Of a stretch of 64,000 nt of DNA, positions 41,706 to 54,598 are shown piece by piece. How positions within the stretch are numbered: position 1 is the first letter of the stretch; every line of letters begins with the position of its first letter. This DNA comes from Octopus vulgaris. Lineage: Eukaryota. The DNA is taken from positions 12,338,001-12,402,000 of the forward strand of contig OX597836.1 of NCBI GenBank assembly GCA_951406725.2, read 5' to 3'. The notes below the pieces were generated by a model that searched no databases, had not been told where the DNA came from, and saw nothing but the letters and a program-made list of their open reading frames with translations. A program made the position numbers and the translations under genes.

Positions 41706-44161
41706 GTGTGTGTGTATGTGTGTATATATATATATGTGTGTGTGTATATATGTGTGTGTGTGTATATATATGTATATATATATGTGTGTGTGTGTGTATA
41801 TATATGTATATATATATGTGTGTGTGTGTGTGTATGTATATATATATGCGTGTGTGTGTGTATATATATATGCGTGTGTATGTGTGTATATATATATATG
41901 TGTGTGTATATGTATGTTTGTGTCCTCCACTAAAACCTCCCCCTCTTCTTCCTCCACTCTCCCACTTCCTCTTCCTCCTCCTCTCCTCTACAAGAGCATC
42001 ATGCAACATGTCTAGCTCCACTCGAAACGTCCCCATTCCTGGTTGTCTCAACCGATCTGGCAGGCATCAGTGATTCTTAAAGAGTGTCGTTATAACTCCA
42101 TCAGCGAACGCAACACGGTGAAATGAACGTGAGGCAGGATTCATTAAGATGTGGAATAGATTATGTTTTGGTCTTTTCCTTTTTCTTCAGTACGCAGCCT
42201 CCGCCGCCGCCGCACCCGCCACCATCATCTCCTCCGCCGTCACCGACAGCAGCTTCAGCACCTACGATTTCTGATTTGATGGCAAAATCAATATAAATTA
42301 GTTAGTTCGTTAGTCATCCTTCTTACTATAATAATATCAGCTCAATCAGGAAAGTTTTAACAACTGTAAAAACTAGTTTGGTAATAATACCAGCTAAATG
42401 TTTTTGCTTGCCTGCTTTCTGAGGAATACCGTTCCTCTATGTCATCAAGCTACCGAAATCTCTGTCTCTCTCTGCCTTGCTTTCTCTCACTCTTCCTTCT
42501 CTCTTTCTCCCTCTCTCTCTCTGTATTTATATATATATATACCTGGATGGATAGATAGACATACATACATGTATGTATATATGTTCGTATGTGTGTGTGT
42601 ATATGTATATATATAAAGTTAATCCAAACATGAAAACACAAAGAGAAAACATAACAACGCGAGGACGTGGAACAAATATAGTATTATTGGACGCTCAGGA
42701 AGGAAGGGAAGAAGGAGGGTTTAACGTTTCGAGCGGAGCTCTTCGTCGGAAACATAGGAGAAGGAAAGATCCAGAGTAGGGAAGACAGAGGGAAAAAAAT
42801 CGCCAACGGTACACACACGGTGTGTGTGCATATATCTATATATACATGCATATATATATATATAGCTGGATGGATAAATACACATACATACAGGTTTATC
42901 CATGTATATGTATATATGTATGTATGTATGTATGTGTATATATATATATATATATAATATGGAACATAGCTGGGGCTGCTATGTGAAGTTGGTGCAGGAA
43001 ACAGCCATGTAAACTCATTATTTGTCGGGTCTTCGCAGTCACAGCATACGACAGGCTTCTTTCAGTTTCCATCTGTCAAACCTATTTACATGGATTTATG
43101 GTCAGTCCCTGGTTATAATGGGAAAACACTTACCGACGGTGCCACAGTACCGAAAAGCATACAATGGACAAAGCATGATGACAACAAAACTAGACATCTT
43201 ACTCAATAGAATTGCACAAAACGAAGAAATAACATTTTTTTAAAAAATTAGAAAAAAGCAGAAAAACAAACAAAGAATGAAGACTTTTGTTTATATTTTC
43301 TGTGTGTGTGTGTTTTTGGGGGTTTTTTTTCTATTTTCTGTTAAGGACAAACTAAGAACCAGGGAAAGTGGAATGTCTTATCGGAACCTGGTGCATACAA
43401 ACCCTCTGGTCACTCACTGCAAGAGTCTATAGTCGCTGTATTAATCTTTGTTAAAGTATACTAGCGAATGCAACGCAGACTATTGTTGCAACACCTGTAT
43501 TGTTTATTCGAGTTTAACACCCACCTTTGTGTTTTTTTGTTTTTTGTTGGTTTTTTTTTTTTTTGGTACTTTATGTATTCAAGTCAAGTTGAGATGCTTA
43601 ACTGGCGTTGCAGTGTGTTTGCAATAAGAGAAGCAACAACAACAACAACAGCAATAATAATAATGACCAAGAAGAAGGCAACTGCAGCATCGATAACAAC
43701 CACACCAACATCCATAGCATTAGGTATTGTTGTCGTGTACTGTTTGCAGATAATTAGCTTTCTTTACTACAGATATATATATATATATATACATGTGTAT
43801 ATATATACACACACACACATATATATACTTATATATATATGCACATTTTCATACATATATGTACATGAATACACATGCAGACACATGCACATATATATAT
43901 ATATATATGCACACACATTTATACATACATATGTATGTATACATATGTTTATATATACATATATATACACACATATATATGCATGCATATATATCTATAC
44001 ACATGTGTATGTATGTTTATGTGTGTTTATGTAATATATATATATCCACACACACACATCTTTATATTTATATATATGCACATTTTCATACATGTATGTA
44101 TATATATACACATGCACACACTCATACACACATATATATATATACATATATATGCACACAC

Positions 44162-44207
<46 letters not shown>

Positions 44208-44654
44208 CTGTATACATATGTTTATATATGCATATATACACACATATATGCATGCATATATATATATATCTATACACGTTTGTGTATATATGTATGTGTG
44301 TATATATCTATCTATATGTATGTGTGTGTATATATATATACACACACACACACCAGACCATGCTTGCCAAAAGGTGTAAACAGTCGGACATATTTAAGGA
44401 AAAACATGCTTAACAAGAGACAAAGGAGATTATACCATTTTAGTAACGTGAAGAATTTACCAATTCTCTGACGTTTGTTTTACTTTGCAAAGAAAAAGAA
44501 TTGGATTCGTGAAGTTTGTTATTCAATGAATAACTCGGAATTTCTTCTCATTCTTGTATGTGCAGAGTAAATAAGGACTGACTTGGCATTGAGTTTTTGG
44601 TGGGGGTGTGGGGTTATTTTTATTTACCAAAATGTTGGTGAGTGTTGTATACTC

Positions 44655-45062
44655 TTTTTTTACTCTTTTACTTGTTTCAGTCATTTGACTGCGGCCATGC
44701 TGGAGCACCGCCTTTAGTCGATCAAATCGACCCCGGGACTTATTCTTTGTAAGCCCAGTACTTATTCTATCGGTCTCTTTTGCCGAACCGCTAAGTGACG
44801 GGGACATAAACACACCAGCATCGGTTGTCAAGCAATGCTAGGGGGACAAACACAGACACACAAACCTCCCCCCACACACACATATATATATATATATACA
44901 TATATACGACAGGCTTCTTTCAGTTTCCGTCTACCAAATCCACTCACAAGGCATTGGTCGGCCCGGAGCTATAGCAGAAGACACTTGCCCAAGATGCCAT
45001 GCAGTGGGACTGAACCCGGAACCATGTGGTTGGTTAGCAAGCTACTTACCACACAGCCACTC
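44655..45062 (-). mobile_element. Family A SINE, near full length
   Basis: Reverse complement of family A with little divergence. Confidence 0.9.
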
Positions 45063-45734
45063 TTGTTGTTTTTATTTTTTTTTTTATTTGTTTCGGTCAT
45101 TGAACTTTGGCCATGCTGGTGCACTGCCTCGAAGCGTTTATAATCAAACAAATTGCCACACCAAAGAATTTTTTTCTTTTTGTTTAAAGCTGGTATTTAT
45201 TTTATCAGCCTGTTTTTGCCAAGCTGCTAGGTTATAAGGATGTAAATAAACCAACATTGGTTGTCAAGCATTCATAGGAGACAACACATTATCATTATCA
45301 TCATCATTGTTTAACATCCGCTTTCCATGCTGGGATGGGTTGGACGGTTTGACTGAGGGCTGGCAAGCTAGAAGGCTGCACCAGGGTACAATCCGACATG
45401 CGTATATATTCTTTCTTTTTTCTTTTTTTACTTGTTTCAGTCATTTGACTGCGACCATGCTGGAGCATTGCCTTAACAGGTTTTTAGTTGAACAAATCAA
45501 CCCCTGGAGTTATTCTTTGTAAACCTAGAACTTATTCTATTGGTTTCTTTTGCCAAACCACTAAGTTACAGAAATGTGAATACATCAACATCAGTTGTCA
45601 AGCGGTGATGTGGGGGGGGGAGACACTGACATAAAGACACAACCACACATATACATACGTATTTTTACATATATTTATGTTTTCTTATAAGATAATATAC
45701 ATACATTTATTTAATTATTTTATTGTTTTTATCT

Positions 45735-45819
45735 TGGACCTGATGAGTGACTTTATTTAAATTGAATTGATTTTATTGTTATCAATTTGAAAATATAGCC
45801 ACGAAACACTTGTAGTCTA
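45735..45819 (+). ncRNA. Type I hammerhead ribozyme (Penelope-like pseudo-LTR type)
   Basis: Stem I TGGAC/GTCTA, CTGATGA 45740-45746, stem II GTGACT..AGCCAC extended by AU pairs, GAAA 45803-45806, CACTTG, GUA cleavage triplet at 45812-45814. Confidence 0.8.
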
Positions 45820-46045
45820 TATTATTAATTATATACTATTTATTTATTATTTTGTACTTCATTTAGTTCTAGGTAAATGTTTTTTCGTACCTTTAATTTT
45901 TTTCTATATGGTATGATTTAAGTATTGCTATATTGCAAGATGTTTGTGCAAGGTGCTACTAGATGGGACTGAACTGAAAGCCATGTGGTTTCAGAGTAAG
46001 CTTCTTAACTACACAGCCTTGCCTTAAAGATATATGTATGTGTAC

Positions 46046-46093
<48 letters not shown>

Positions 46094-46337
46094 ATAATAA
46101 TATTAGGGAATAAATCCAAACTTACAGGGAAAAATTAGATTTAGGATTAAATCCAATTTCATAGTATAAATATATTATATTATATTATATTATATTAAAT
46201 TAGAGATAAAACCACTATTAGGTAAATCAAACAGTGAAAAACATAAGCCAATACATAAAATTAATTTAAAAATATAAAAGTTAAAAATAAAAAATTATTT
46301 AAATAATTTAAACTTATAAATTTTATATATATATACA

Positions 46338-46370
<33 letters not shown>

Positions 46371-46484
46371 ATTTTTATATTTATATATTATTTTATTTAT
46401 TAATTTATTTATTTATTTATTTTTTATATATCAAAAGTATTAAAAGTTTAATAAAAGATATATATACATATATATATATATATA

Positions 46485-46691
46485 CTAGGGGGTGCTGAGA
46501 CATTTTTGGTTTTAAGTGTATCGCAAGAGGCCTGGTTGGGAGCCCAAACTTTTACAGCACTTAGAAAACCTGAAGGACTGCTGCAATAAGTGTGTGAATC
46601 TGAAAAGGGTTTACGTTGAATAGAATCATAATTTACTGTCCCTCTTGTATTTTCTTTTACCCAAAGCCAGGAACTTTTCAACACCCTCACA
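46485..46691 (+). mobile_element. Mariner-derived MITE
   Basis: TA-flanked imperfect TIRs (CTAGGGGGTGCTGAGACATTTTTGGTTTT / AAAGCCAGGAACTTTTCAACACCCTC). An internal remnant encodes ...NKCVNLKRVYVE*, resembling the mariner transposase C-terminus. Confidence 0.75.
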
Positions 46692-47067
46692 TACACCCAC
46701 ATACATGTGCATACACTTCCATATATTTCTCTTTGTATATATGTATGAATGTGTGTGTATATGTGTGTATATATACTTATATATATATGATTGTGTTGAA
46801 TGCGGAATCTGAAGAATTTGGTGATTATCTGCATTGGAATCAATCAGTTTAATCAGTAGGAGAGTGCTGTTGAGTTGAATTACCATGAAGTGTGAAGAAT
46901 TTTAACATTCTGGGATTTTGTTCCTCTTTTAATTAAGATGAGAAATTCACTGCATTTGTTGGCATAAAAGACGCACAGACGTGTTAGGCATTACCCCCTC
47001 ATTGCAGCAGAGCACGTACTCAGAAGTAAAACACATTTAAAGTATGCAATGTCTGTGTGTGTATATA

Positions 47068-47101
<34 letters not shown>

Positions 47102-47145
47102 GATATATAATAATCAAAATAAGCAACAAGGGTATCCAAGATAGA

Positions 47146-47231
47146 GTAGTACAATTGCTTCATGCTACTTCATTTTATTAAACACTGTAAGTATTACATC
47201 AGTTTTAAAATGTCGAACTATCTTCAGCCAC
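47146..47231 (-). ncRNA. Type I hammerhead ribozyme-like motif (degenerate)
   Basis: Minus strand: GTGG-CTGAAGA-long AU stem II-GAAG (for GAAA)-CAATTG palindrome-TA-CTAC. Stem I pairs. Confidence 0.6.
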
Positions 47232-47311
47232 ATATAGAATTTTTCAATTAAACAGACAATGCACATTCTTATACTTATTTCATTTACCAACATTAGATAT
47301 ATATATTGACA

Positions 47312-47574
47312 CACGAGTGGCTGTGTGGTAAGAACTTTGCTTCCCAGCCACATGATTACAGGTTCAATCCCACTGCATGGCACCTTGGGTAAGTGTTTGC
47401 TACTAGATCCTTGGGCCGACCAAAACCTTGGAAGTGGATTTGGCAGATGGAAACTAAAAGAAACTGATAGAATAAGCACTAGGCTTGCAACGAATAAGTA
47501 ATGGGGTCGATTTGTTCGACTAAAGGTGGTGCTCCAGCATGGCCACAGTCAAATGACTGAAACAAGTAAAAGAG

Positions 47575-47575
<1 letters not shown>
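47312..47575 (+). mobile_element. Family A SINE with internal deletion
   Basis: Head and tail are present but the central microsatellite segment is missing. Confidence 0.85.
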
Positions 47576-47631
<56 letters not shown>

Positions 47632-48232
47632 TGTTCTTTCATACATTGGCCTAATAGTCAATTACTAATTATATCTGTCTGTGTATGTGTTTAAGTGCAT
47701 CCTCATGTCCAATTTGTGTGTTTTTCGTCTTGTATGTACACACACACAAACACGCACTACACATACAGCTACACTTACACAAACACACACACAGCTACAC
47801 TTAAACACACACATACACACACAGCTACATTTACATACAAAGCCTTGTGAGTGCACCATTTATACACACACACATACACACGTTTATCTCTGTAGCTGTG
47901 TTGATTGACATCAGCGCCATCTACTGTTATATTTCAAATCTAAGAACACTGAAAATTTTTTTTGTTTCAAGATATTCGGAGATCTTAATTTTACATTAGA
48001 ACAAAAAAAAAAAACCAGATAAATAAAAGAAATAAAGACAAAAAAAATCCTAATTAAAAAAATATTTATCATCTCAAATTTTCTCGTATCTCATTATTTT
48101 CGCTTCCAACTTTTCTCATTACTTTCAGAGAAGAAGTTTTCTTGGTGTTTCATAATTCCTTCTTTCGCTTCTTCTCTCCTCTCTCGCTCTCTCTTTTTCA
48201 TATATTTCATGTGTGTGTGTGTGTGTCTGTAT

Positions 48233-49320
48233 CATCACCAACATTTAACGTCTGTTTTTCCATGCTGGCATGGGTTGGACAGCTTCACAGGAACTGGCAA
48301 GACAGGGGCCCACACCAGGTCCCACAGTCTGTTTTGGCATGGGTTTTTTTAGAGCTAGGTGCTCTTCCTAATGCCAACCACTTTACAGAGTGGACTGGGT
48401 GTGTTCCGTGTTGCACGAGCAAGGTCTCTTTTGCCATGGTTTTCACAGCTGGACACCCTTTGTAATTGGAAGCACTCCGTCGGTTACGACGATGAGGGTT
48501 CCGGTTGATCCGAATCAACGGAACAGCCTGCTCGTGAAATTAACGTGTAAGTGGCTGAGCACTCCACAGACACGTGTAACCTTAACGTAGTTCTCGGGGA
48601 TATTCAGCGTGACACAGAGAGTGACAAGGCCGGCCCCTTGAAATACAGGTACAACAGAAACAGGAAGTAAGAGTGAGAGAAAGTTGTGGTGAAAGAGTAC
48701 AGCAGGGATCACCACCATCCCCTGCCGGAGCCTCGTGGAGCTTTTTAGGTGTTTTCGCTCAATAAACACTCACAACGCCCGGTCTGGGAATCGAAACCGC
48801 GATCCTATGACCGCGAGTCCGCTGCCCTAACCACTGGGCCATTGCGCCTCCACACCCTTTGTAATACCATCCACATCAACAGAGTGGGCTCGCTGCTTTT
48901 CTTGTGGCGCCAGCACCAGCAATGTCTCTTTTTCCATGGTTTTCACAGCTGGACACCCTTCGTAATACCATCCACATTAACAAAGTGGTCTGGGTGCTTT
49001 TTATGTGGCACCGGCACCACCAAGGTCTCTTTTGCCATGGTTTTCATGGCTGGATGCCCTTAATAATACCAACCACTTTACTGAGTGGTCTGGGTGCTTT
49101 TTATGTGGCACCAGCACCCTAGCAAGATCTTGTTTTGGCATGGTTTTTACGACTGCATGCCTTCCTAATGCCAACCACTTTACAGAGTGGAGTGGGTGCT
49201 TTTCATGTGGCTCCAGCACCAGCAAGGTCTGTTTTAGTATGGTTTTTATGACTGGATGCCCTTCCTAATACCAACCAACCACTTTATGGAGTGCACTCAG
49301 TGTTTTTTAGGTGGCACCAC
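48233..49320 (-). mobile_element. Family B-related element with tandem ~90-100-bp internal repeats
   Basis: Recurring CAAGGTCTCTTTTGCCATGGTTTT...GGATGCCCTT...AACCACTTTAC modules. Interrupted by the SINE at 48467-48851. Confidence 0.75.
48467..48851 (-). mobile_element. tRNA-derived SINE (family D, tail 1), full length with 14-bp TSD
   Basis: Minus-strand head GGAGGCGCAATGGCCCAGTGGTTAGGGCAGCGGAC...GGTTTCGATTCCC. TSD ACACCCTTTGTAAT at 48453-48466 and 48852-48865. Confidence 0.92.
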
Positions 49321-50407
49321 ATATCTTCATCATCATCATGTTTTTGACATTCATTTTTCCATGCTTGTAATGGGTTGGATGGAATCTGTTAAGGCAGATT
49401 TCTTTCTGTGTGGTTTTAGGCTGGGCGTCCTTCCTGTCCCTAACCCTCACCTGCTTCCAAGCAAGGTATTATTTTCCTATGCCCAGACCTATTTTTCACA
49501 AACAACACTGCTTGTGTAACAGTGATACTCATTTACAGTCATAACATAATGTTATGACAAGGGATACACACACATATATACATACATGCATGCACATATA
49601 TGAATGGGATTGCACAGAGAAAGTTACCCTCCAAGGCACAGGTTCAGACAAGGTTGTTTATGGAAGACCAACAGTCCCCCATGCATACCAGATATAATAT
49701 ATATATATATGTGTGTGTGTGTGTAGATAAATGATAGATGTGTGTCCAGTAGCAGGTGTTGCTCCAGTGTATGATAACATCAGATAGCCAATATCTATGA
49801 ACAAGCTTTGCATAGCATTCTACAAAGTTTTACTACTTGATTATATGTGTGTGTGTATATATATATATCATATATATCATATAGCAACATCATCATCATC
49901 ATTTGTGACAGGCTTCTCTTAGACTGCGTCTGCCAAACCCATTCACAAGGTTTTGGTTGGCCTGTAAGGGACTTGCTCAAAGGGCCATAGAGTCTTCTGG
50001 CTTTGCCAGCTCCTGTCAAACTGTCCCAACCCATGGAAGACAGACACTAAATGACGATGATCGTAGTGATGATGATGGTGATGATTCAGCTGTATTTCTG
50101 AGTCTCTTTCAGTCTGCCAGTGAGTGTATATATATATATATATATATATATGCATGAATATATACATACATACATTTTTGTATGTCTGTATTCTCTCCTT
50201 GTCTTTGTTTATGTTGATGGTCTGCAACAACATTCGCCAAATCTGTTCCATATTTTACCATTTGGTGGCAGTGAATCTTTAAATAATTAACGTCTGACGA
50301 ATTATTTTAAACGCACCCAGCTGCCGCGTCTCCTTCTCCTCTCGTATTTTTGTTCACCTACATTCATACCTTCCTGTTTGCCCCTCTACAAACCACACCT
50401 CTTTAAT

Positions 50408-50408
50408 A

Positions 50409-50481
<73 letters not shown>

Positions 50482-50492
50482 TATTATTATTA
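50408..50492. repeat. (ATT)n microsatellite
   Basis: Long trinucleotide run. Confidence 0.95.
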
Positions 50493-50709
50493 GTTAATCT
50501 TACAAAACATGTGTAAACATGGGTACAGACATAGCCTTGTGGTTAAGAAGTTTGCTTTGCGATGCTGCAGTGCTTTTGAGTTCAGTCCCAGCATGTGGTA
50601 CCTTGGGCAAGTGTCTTCTACCAGAGGCTCGAGCGGAAATTTGAAATTTGATAGACAGTTGGTGGAAACTGAATAGAAGCCTGCCGGATGTAGTTTATAT
50701 ATGTACTGT

Positions 50710-51018
50710 GTCGGTGGCACATAAAAACTCCATCCGAGCGTGGCCGTCTGCCAGCCTCGTCTGGCACCTGTGTCGGTGGCACATAAAAAAACACCATCCG
50801 AGCATGGCCATCTGCCAGCCTTGTCTGGCACCTGTGTCGGTGGCACATAAAATCACCCACTACACTCTCGGAGTGGTTGGTGTTAGGAAGGGCATCCAGC
50901 TGTAGAAACACTGCCAGATCTGACTGGCCTGGTGCAGCCTTCGGGCTCCCCAGACCCCAGTTGAACCGTCCAACCCATGCTAGCATGGAAAGCGGACGTT
51001 AAACGATGATGATGATGA
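50710..51018 (+). mobile_element. Family B retroposon
   Basis: Three GTCGGTGGCACATAAAA 5' modules, core and (GAT)n tail. Confidence 0.85.
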
Positions 51019-52030
51019 TATCTGTGTGTGCATATGTGTAAATATTTTTTTTCTTCAATTCTTCTTCTTCTTGTCTTTTTATTATTCTTTTCCAATTATT
51101 ATTTGCCTTTCATCCTTTCGGGGGTCGATAAATTAAGTACCAGTCACGCACTGGGGTCGATGTAAATGACTTAATCCCTTTGTCTGTCCTTGTTTGTCCC
51201 CCTCCGTGTTTAGCCCCTTGTGGGTAGTAAAAAAAAAATATTATCATTATTATTATTATTCATCGTTTAATGTCCGCTTTCCATGCTAGGGTCAATTTCT
51301 TTGGCTAACAGACCCTTCAAGGTGGTGCTCCAGCATGGCCACATTCAAATGCCTGAAACAAGTATATAAAAAAAACTAAATGATTTGTTTCTAGTGATCA
51401 GGTATTTGTACTGTACATTAGGTCACTCCCACCATCAGATTGACCTTGTTTGTACAGGTGCATGGTCTGTTACATGTTGGGCCACACCACCTGGCCCAGG
51501 AATTGAAACCACAGTCTTGCAGTTGTGAGTACAACACTATAACCACTTGACCATGCTCCCTCTAGTTTGTATATGTGTGTGCGTGTGTGTGTGTGTCGGT
51601 GATGCAGTCAGTGTTGGTTCCACATAAAAATTTATGGTGATGGTGGCACGTGAAAATCACCTGGGATGGTGCCACTTGGAGAGGCACTCGGCACACTCTG
51701 TCAAGTGGTTGGTTTTAGAGCACATTGCCAAAGTAGGAAGCTGAAGCTGGCCTTACCAGCAGCCATCAAACCAGCCGACCCATGCCAGCATGGAAAGCGG
51801 GCATTAGATGATGATGATGATGATGATGATGATTGTCAGTGTGTGTGTGTGTGTACACATAGACCTATGATACCTTTTTTTGTACAACTGTGACAGGCAC
51901 ATGAACTCTATGGCATTTAGATTTGGAATTCGAATAAATGACAATCTCTATTTAGCTGTGTGTGTGTGTGTGTGTGTGTGTGTATACACGTACACACACA
52001 CACAGACTGACATATATATATGTATATGTA

Positions 52031-52063
<33 letters not shown>

Positions 52064-52404
52064 TTATATATATATGAATATTATGTGTGTATATGTATGT
52101 ATATATATGAATATGTATGTATGTATATATATATATGTGTGTGTGTGTGTTTGTATATATATGTATATACACATAAATATGTATGTATGTCTATATATCT
52201 ATATACATATAGATATGTATGTATATATCTATGTATATGTATGTGTGTGTATATATATGTATGTGTGCATATGTATATGTGTGTTTATATATATAGATAT
52301 GTATGTGTGTCTATACATATATGTATGTGTGTCTATATACATATATTCATTTGTGTGTGTGTGTGTGTGCATATATATATGTAACAGAAAAGTCTAATTC
52401 TTCT

Positions 52405-52442
52405 ATTGAATGTAACCGGGCAACACCGAGTATCTCTGCTAG
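52405..52442 (+). mobile_element. Helitron 3' terminus
   Basis: Subterminal imperfect hairpin CCGGGCAACACCGAG followed about 8 nt later by CTAG and then T. Confidence 0.6.
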
Positions 52443-52984
52443 TATATATATATATAACATGTGACCGTAATATATATATATATATATATAAACGTATATA
52501 AATATGTCTATGTATATATATTATATGGCTACATGTATGTATATATATGTAAGTCTATATATATTATATCCGTGTATGTATATGTATGCATATATACACA
52601 CACACACACACTAGCACACAGGTGTTGTCGTAGTTGTTTCTTTAGACCAATGTAGGATGTGAAGATATTTCCGTGTTATTTCTATGACAAGTTAAACATC
52701 AGATACACCAAACACCCTGAAAGCAAAAGAACAAAGAAAAACAGCAAAAGTTAATAAGAAAATACTAAGAAAAAAAAAAGAAGAAAGGAAAACAATTAAA
52801 GAAAACCATCCAATGAAATAAGGAAATAATAATAACATGCAAGATTTTTAAACCAAACCGAACCAAAATGTCCATATTTTCCTTCTTTTTGTTTTTTTCA
52901 TATATCTGTTTGTTTGGAAATCTTTTAGTAGGAGCTTCTATTCGCATCATTATTAGTTTTTATTATTATTATTATTATTATTAT

Positions 52985-53303
52985 TCGACCCGGGACTTAT
53001 TCTTTTGTAAGCCCAGTACTTATTCTATCGGTCTCTTTTTGCCGAACCGCTAAGTGACGGGGACGTAAACACACCAGCATCGGTTGTCAAGCAATGCTAG
53101 GGGGACAAACACAGACACACAAACATATACACACACACTTATATATATATACATACATACGACGGGCTTCTTTCAGTTTCCGTCTACCAAATCCACTCAC
53201 AAGGCATTGGTCGGCCTGGGGCTATAGCAGAAGACACTTGCCCAAGATGCCACGCAGTGGGACTGAACCCAGAACCATGTGCTTGGTTAGCAAGCTACTT
53301 ACC
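52985..53303 (-). mobile_element. Family A SINE (3'-truncated) inserted in (TTA)n
   Basis: Reverse complement of family A through the head, ...CCCCTGCGCCT. Confidence 0.88.
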
Positions 53304-53322
53304 ACACAGCCACCCCTGCGCC

Positions 53323-53371
<49 letters not shown>

Positions 53372-53378
53372 GTTATTG

Positions 53379-53440
<62 letters not shown>

Positions 53441-53574
53441 GCTGCTCGTTATCTGAGCAGTGAGTTGGCTGACTTGTTAGCATGCAGGACAAAATGCTTA
53501 ACGGCGCTTCGTCCGTCTTTGTATTCTGAGTTCAAACCCCACCCACGGTGACTTTGTCTTTCGTCTTTACGGGG

Positions 53575-53810
53575 TTACTCTTTTACTTGTTTCAGTCATT
53601 TGGGGGGACAAACACATACACACACACGTACATATATATACATATACATATATACGATGGGCTTCTTTCAGTTACCGTCTACCAAATCCACTCACAAGGC
53701 TTTGGTCGGCCCGAGGCTATAGTAGAAGACACTTGCCCAAGGTGCCACGCAGTGGGACTGAACCCGGAACCATGTGGTTGGTGAGCAAGCTACTTACCAC
53801 ACAGCCACTC
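53575..53810 (-). mobile_element. Family A SINE with internal deletion
   Basis: The tail is joined directly to GGGGGACAAACAC and the 5' half. Confidence 0.8.
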
Positions 53811-54174
53811 TACCAATGAAATACTGGGGACCGATGTAATCAACTAGTCCCCTCCCCCCACCCCCAAATTTCAGGCCTTGTGCCTTTAGTAGTCGGGATT
53901 AGTATTGTTGTTGTTCTTGATGATGTTGTCATAATATGAGCTGTGAGCTGGCAGAATTGTTAGCGCACCAGGCAAAATGCTTTGTGGCACTTTGTCCAGC
54001 TTCATGTTCTGAGTTCAAATTCCACCAACGTCGACTTAGTCTTTCATCTTTTCAGGGTTGATGAACTAAGTACCAGTTATGCCCTGAGGTCAATGTTATC
54101 AACTACCCACCACCCAACAAATTTCTGGCTTTGTGCCTATTGTAGAAAGGATCATTATTATTATTATTATTATT

Positions 54175-54598
54175 AAGGCAAGTAAGCTCGCAGAGTCTTC
54201 AACAGACTGGGGGGGGGGGATATGCTTAGCAGTATTTCTTCTGTCTTCATGTTCTGAGTTCAAATTCCGCTTAGGTCAACTTAGCCTTTCAACCTTTCCA
54301 GGTCAACAAATTAAGTATCAGTTACGCACTGGGGTCGTTATAATCAACTTAATCCCTTCCCCCAAAATTGAGGCCTTGTGGGTACGGACCGACTCGAGAG
54401 CTGCGATTCGTTACGGACCCGGATTTTCCAGGGCCGCCGAGAGCGCACCGGACGACGCCTGAGACGCGGTGCTCTACAGGTACCATATCCACGGACGCGG
54501 TCCTTTACGAAGAAGAGGGAACTCTTCCCGGGGTTCCCGGCAACGTCTCCGGGCTCGCTTGCGTTGCTGCTGCTTCCAGTAGAAAGGATTATTATTAT
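54175..54598 (+). mobile_element. Family C SINE variant interrupted by an rRNA fragment
   Basis: The tail CCTTGTG|CTTCCAGTAGAAAGG(ATT)n is split by the 54381-54570 insert (compare the intact tail at about 25020). Confidence 0.75.
54381..54570 (-). rRNA. 28S (LSU) rRNA fragment, dispersed pseudogene
   Basis: Minus strand contains CCCGGAGACG..CGGGAACCCCGGGAAGAGTTCCCTCTTCTT and CGTCCGGTGCGCTCTCGGCGGCCCTGGAAAATCCGGG...CCGTACC. This is collinear with the conserved eukaryotic LSU segment CCCCGGGGAGAGTTCTCTTTTCTT...GCGTCCGGTGAGCTCTCGCTGGCCCTTGAAAATCCGGG...CCGTACCC as I recall it. Confidence 0.85.

Noticed and set aside
43408-43490. Imperfect hairpin as a pre-miRNA
   Set aside because: Too many bulges, and no known mature miRNA recognised.
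45855-45880. TAG|GTAAAT and the CAG|GTTGTT at 58291 as recursive splice sites
   Set aside because: The first lies inside a repeat remnant and the second has a very poor donor.
48775-48851. Possible tRNA gene (also SINE heads at 1120, 62798, 63875-63949)
   Set aside because: A/B boxes are present but continue into SINE bodies, with a TSD in this copy. No proper cloverleaf or terminator is seen.
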